Shown: positions 62,801 through 64,000 of the stretch, piece by piece
Numbering within the stretch: position 1 is the first letter of the stretch
How the letters are laid out: every line of letters begins with the position of its first letter
Assembly (NCBI RefSeq): GCF_018350175.1
Contig: NC_058368.1
Coordinates: 237,338,001-237,402,000, forward strand
Source: Felis catus
Lineage: Eukaryota
Length of the DNA stretch: 64,000 nt
Direction: 5' to 3'
Made by a program: the position numbers and the translations under genes
Notes under the pieces: generated by a model
The model's input: only the letters and a program-made list of their open reading frames with translations
What the model was told of the DNA's origin: nothing
Databases searched by the model: none

Positions 62801-63982
62801 GTCAAATCAGACAGACACAACCTTGGAAGCGTGTCTGCCTGGAAAGAGCAAAGGGCAGAGGGCGCGGGGGGCTTCAGCCAGCCCGCTGGCCGGTGGAGGA
62901 AGGACGGAGAGGAATGGAAAGCCTGGAGGCCGCGGGAGAACACGTTGGTGGCAAACCTCAGGGTCGCCAGCTAAACCCACGCACAACCCACGTTCCCGCC
63001 GATTCGAATTCCTCCTTGTTGATTCTGAAGTTCAGAGTGGACCCCTGCAATCCGTGGGCCGGCGGGCCTCGGGTTTTCTCTCCTCGCTCTTCGGGGAGGC
63101 TCGGTGCCACGTCCAAGCCTCACAGCTGACCACACACCGAGACCCTCGCTCGTCAGTCCCTCACCGGGAGCGCAGGGGGCAGAGCTCACTGACGGGAGGG
63201 AAGCCGGTGGGACCCGACAGCACGCAGTCATCTGGGTGTTTGCCGCCGGGGGTGTTACTTCTGTCATGATTCCGCGGAGGCCGGAGGACTGAGCCCGAGG
63301 TGTCCAGAGGGTGGGCTTCTCCCGGAACCGCTCTTCTTGGCGTGCGGTCTGCTGACTTCCCCTCGCCCTCACTGGGGCGTCCCCACGTCCCTGTCTGTGT
63401 CCTTATCTCCTCTCCCCATAAGGACACCAGCCCTATTGGATGAGGTGCTGGGAGTCCGGTTTCCAATGTGGGAATTTCGAGGGGTGGGATGCAACTTGGT
63501 GCATGACGTCTGTCCGGGTAGAGCTCTTCCCTGTTTGTGGGACAAATGCTTCTCTTTCTTCCGGAAACGCCTGGGTCTGTGCCGAGGACCGATTCTCCTT
63601 TCAAGGTCATCAGTTCTGCCGGGTGTGCAGGCCTCTCCCGGCTCTGGGGCTGGGCCTCCATGTTTGGAACTTCTGTGGAGACCCTGCTGAGCCCCTTCCA
63701 CCTGCCCGAGGTGGCCCCCTCAGGCCACACAGACCCACTAGGCTCCTGTCGTGCCACTCAAGGCCCAGAGCGTGCCGTGAGTGAGAGAACTCTGCTGTTT
63801 ACACTCAAGTGCGACCTGTTGTTATCTGGCTCTTCCTAGTACAGGAGTGTTGACACTGGTCTAGAACATTCTATTGATATGCACGGCTCAGGAAAGCTGA
63901 GCTGGGGGGCATCAGTCAAGTCTTCCTTTGTGTACACTTTGTGCTCAACTCTATAAGGACTTATTATTTAAAACGAGGGAAG

Positions 63983-64000
63983 GGGGCGCCTGGGTGGCTC
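63983..64000 (+). mobile_element. Start of a Can-SINE cut by the window edge
   Basis: ggggcgcctgggtggctc. Confidence 0.85.

Noticed and set aside
62673..63839. Several 100-198 aa overlapping ORFs
   Set aside because: Stop-codon scarcity in GC-rich sequence; no domain or consistent strand

Overview
Eukaryotic, not prokaryotic, DNA: a mammalian non-genic or intronic window, almost certainly from a felid (cat family). The evidence is about 20 tRNA-derived Can-SINEs, including near-consensus SINEC_Fc-type copies, plus carnivore/felid L1 3' ends. Much of the window is interspersed repeat (Can-SINE, L1 of several ages, MLT1/MLT2 LTRs, L2, MIR, L3/CR1, one hAT-type DNA transposon) and microsatellite. 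No known protein-coding gene, RNA gene or CRISPR array is recognisable. The only ORF with a clear homologue is an L1 ORF2 C-terminal remnant (12474-12836); the other ORFs come from SINEs, simple repeats or GC-rich sequence. Points worth a second look: (i) a 16.6-kb SINE-free interval (18.5-35.1 kb) with AT-rich, TAAT-dense enhancer-like islands; (ii) a frame-consistent 4-exon minus-strand gene model (127 aa, no recognised homologue) and a smaller plus-strand one, both hypothetical; (iii) several TE micro-events (a SINE promoter overwritten by a fold-back palindrome, an in-place L1 micro-inversion, an orphan L1 5' end, a SINE dimer, a tightly spaced inverted SINE pair, very young SINEs). I found no convincing evidence of a novel biological system. 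All repeat family names come from recalled consensus similarity, not from a database search.
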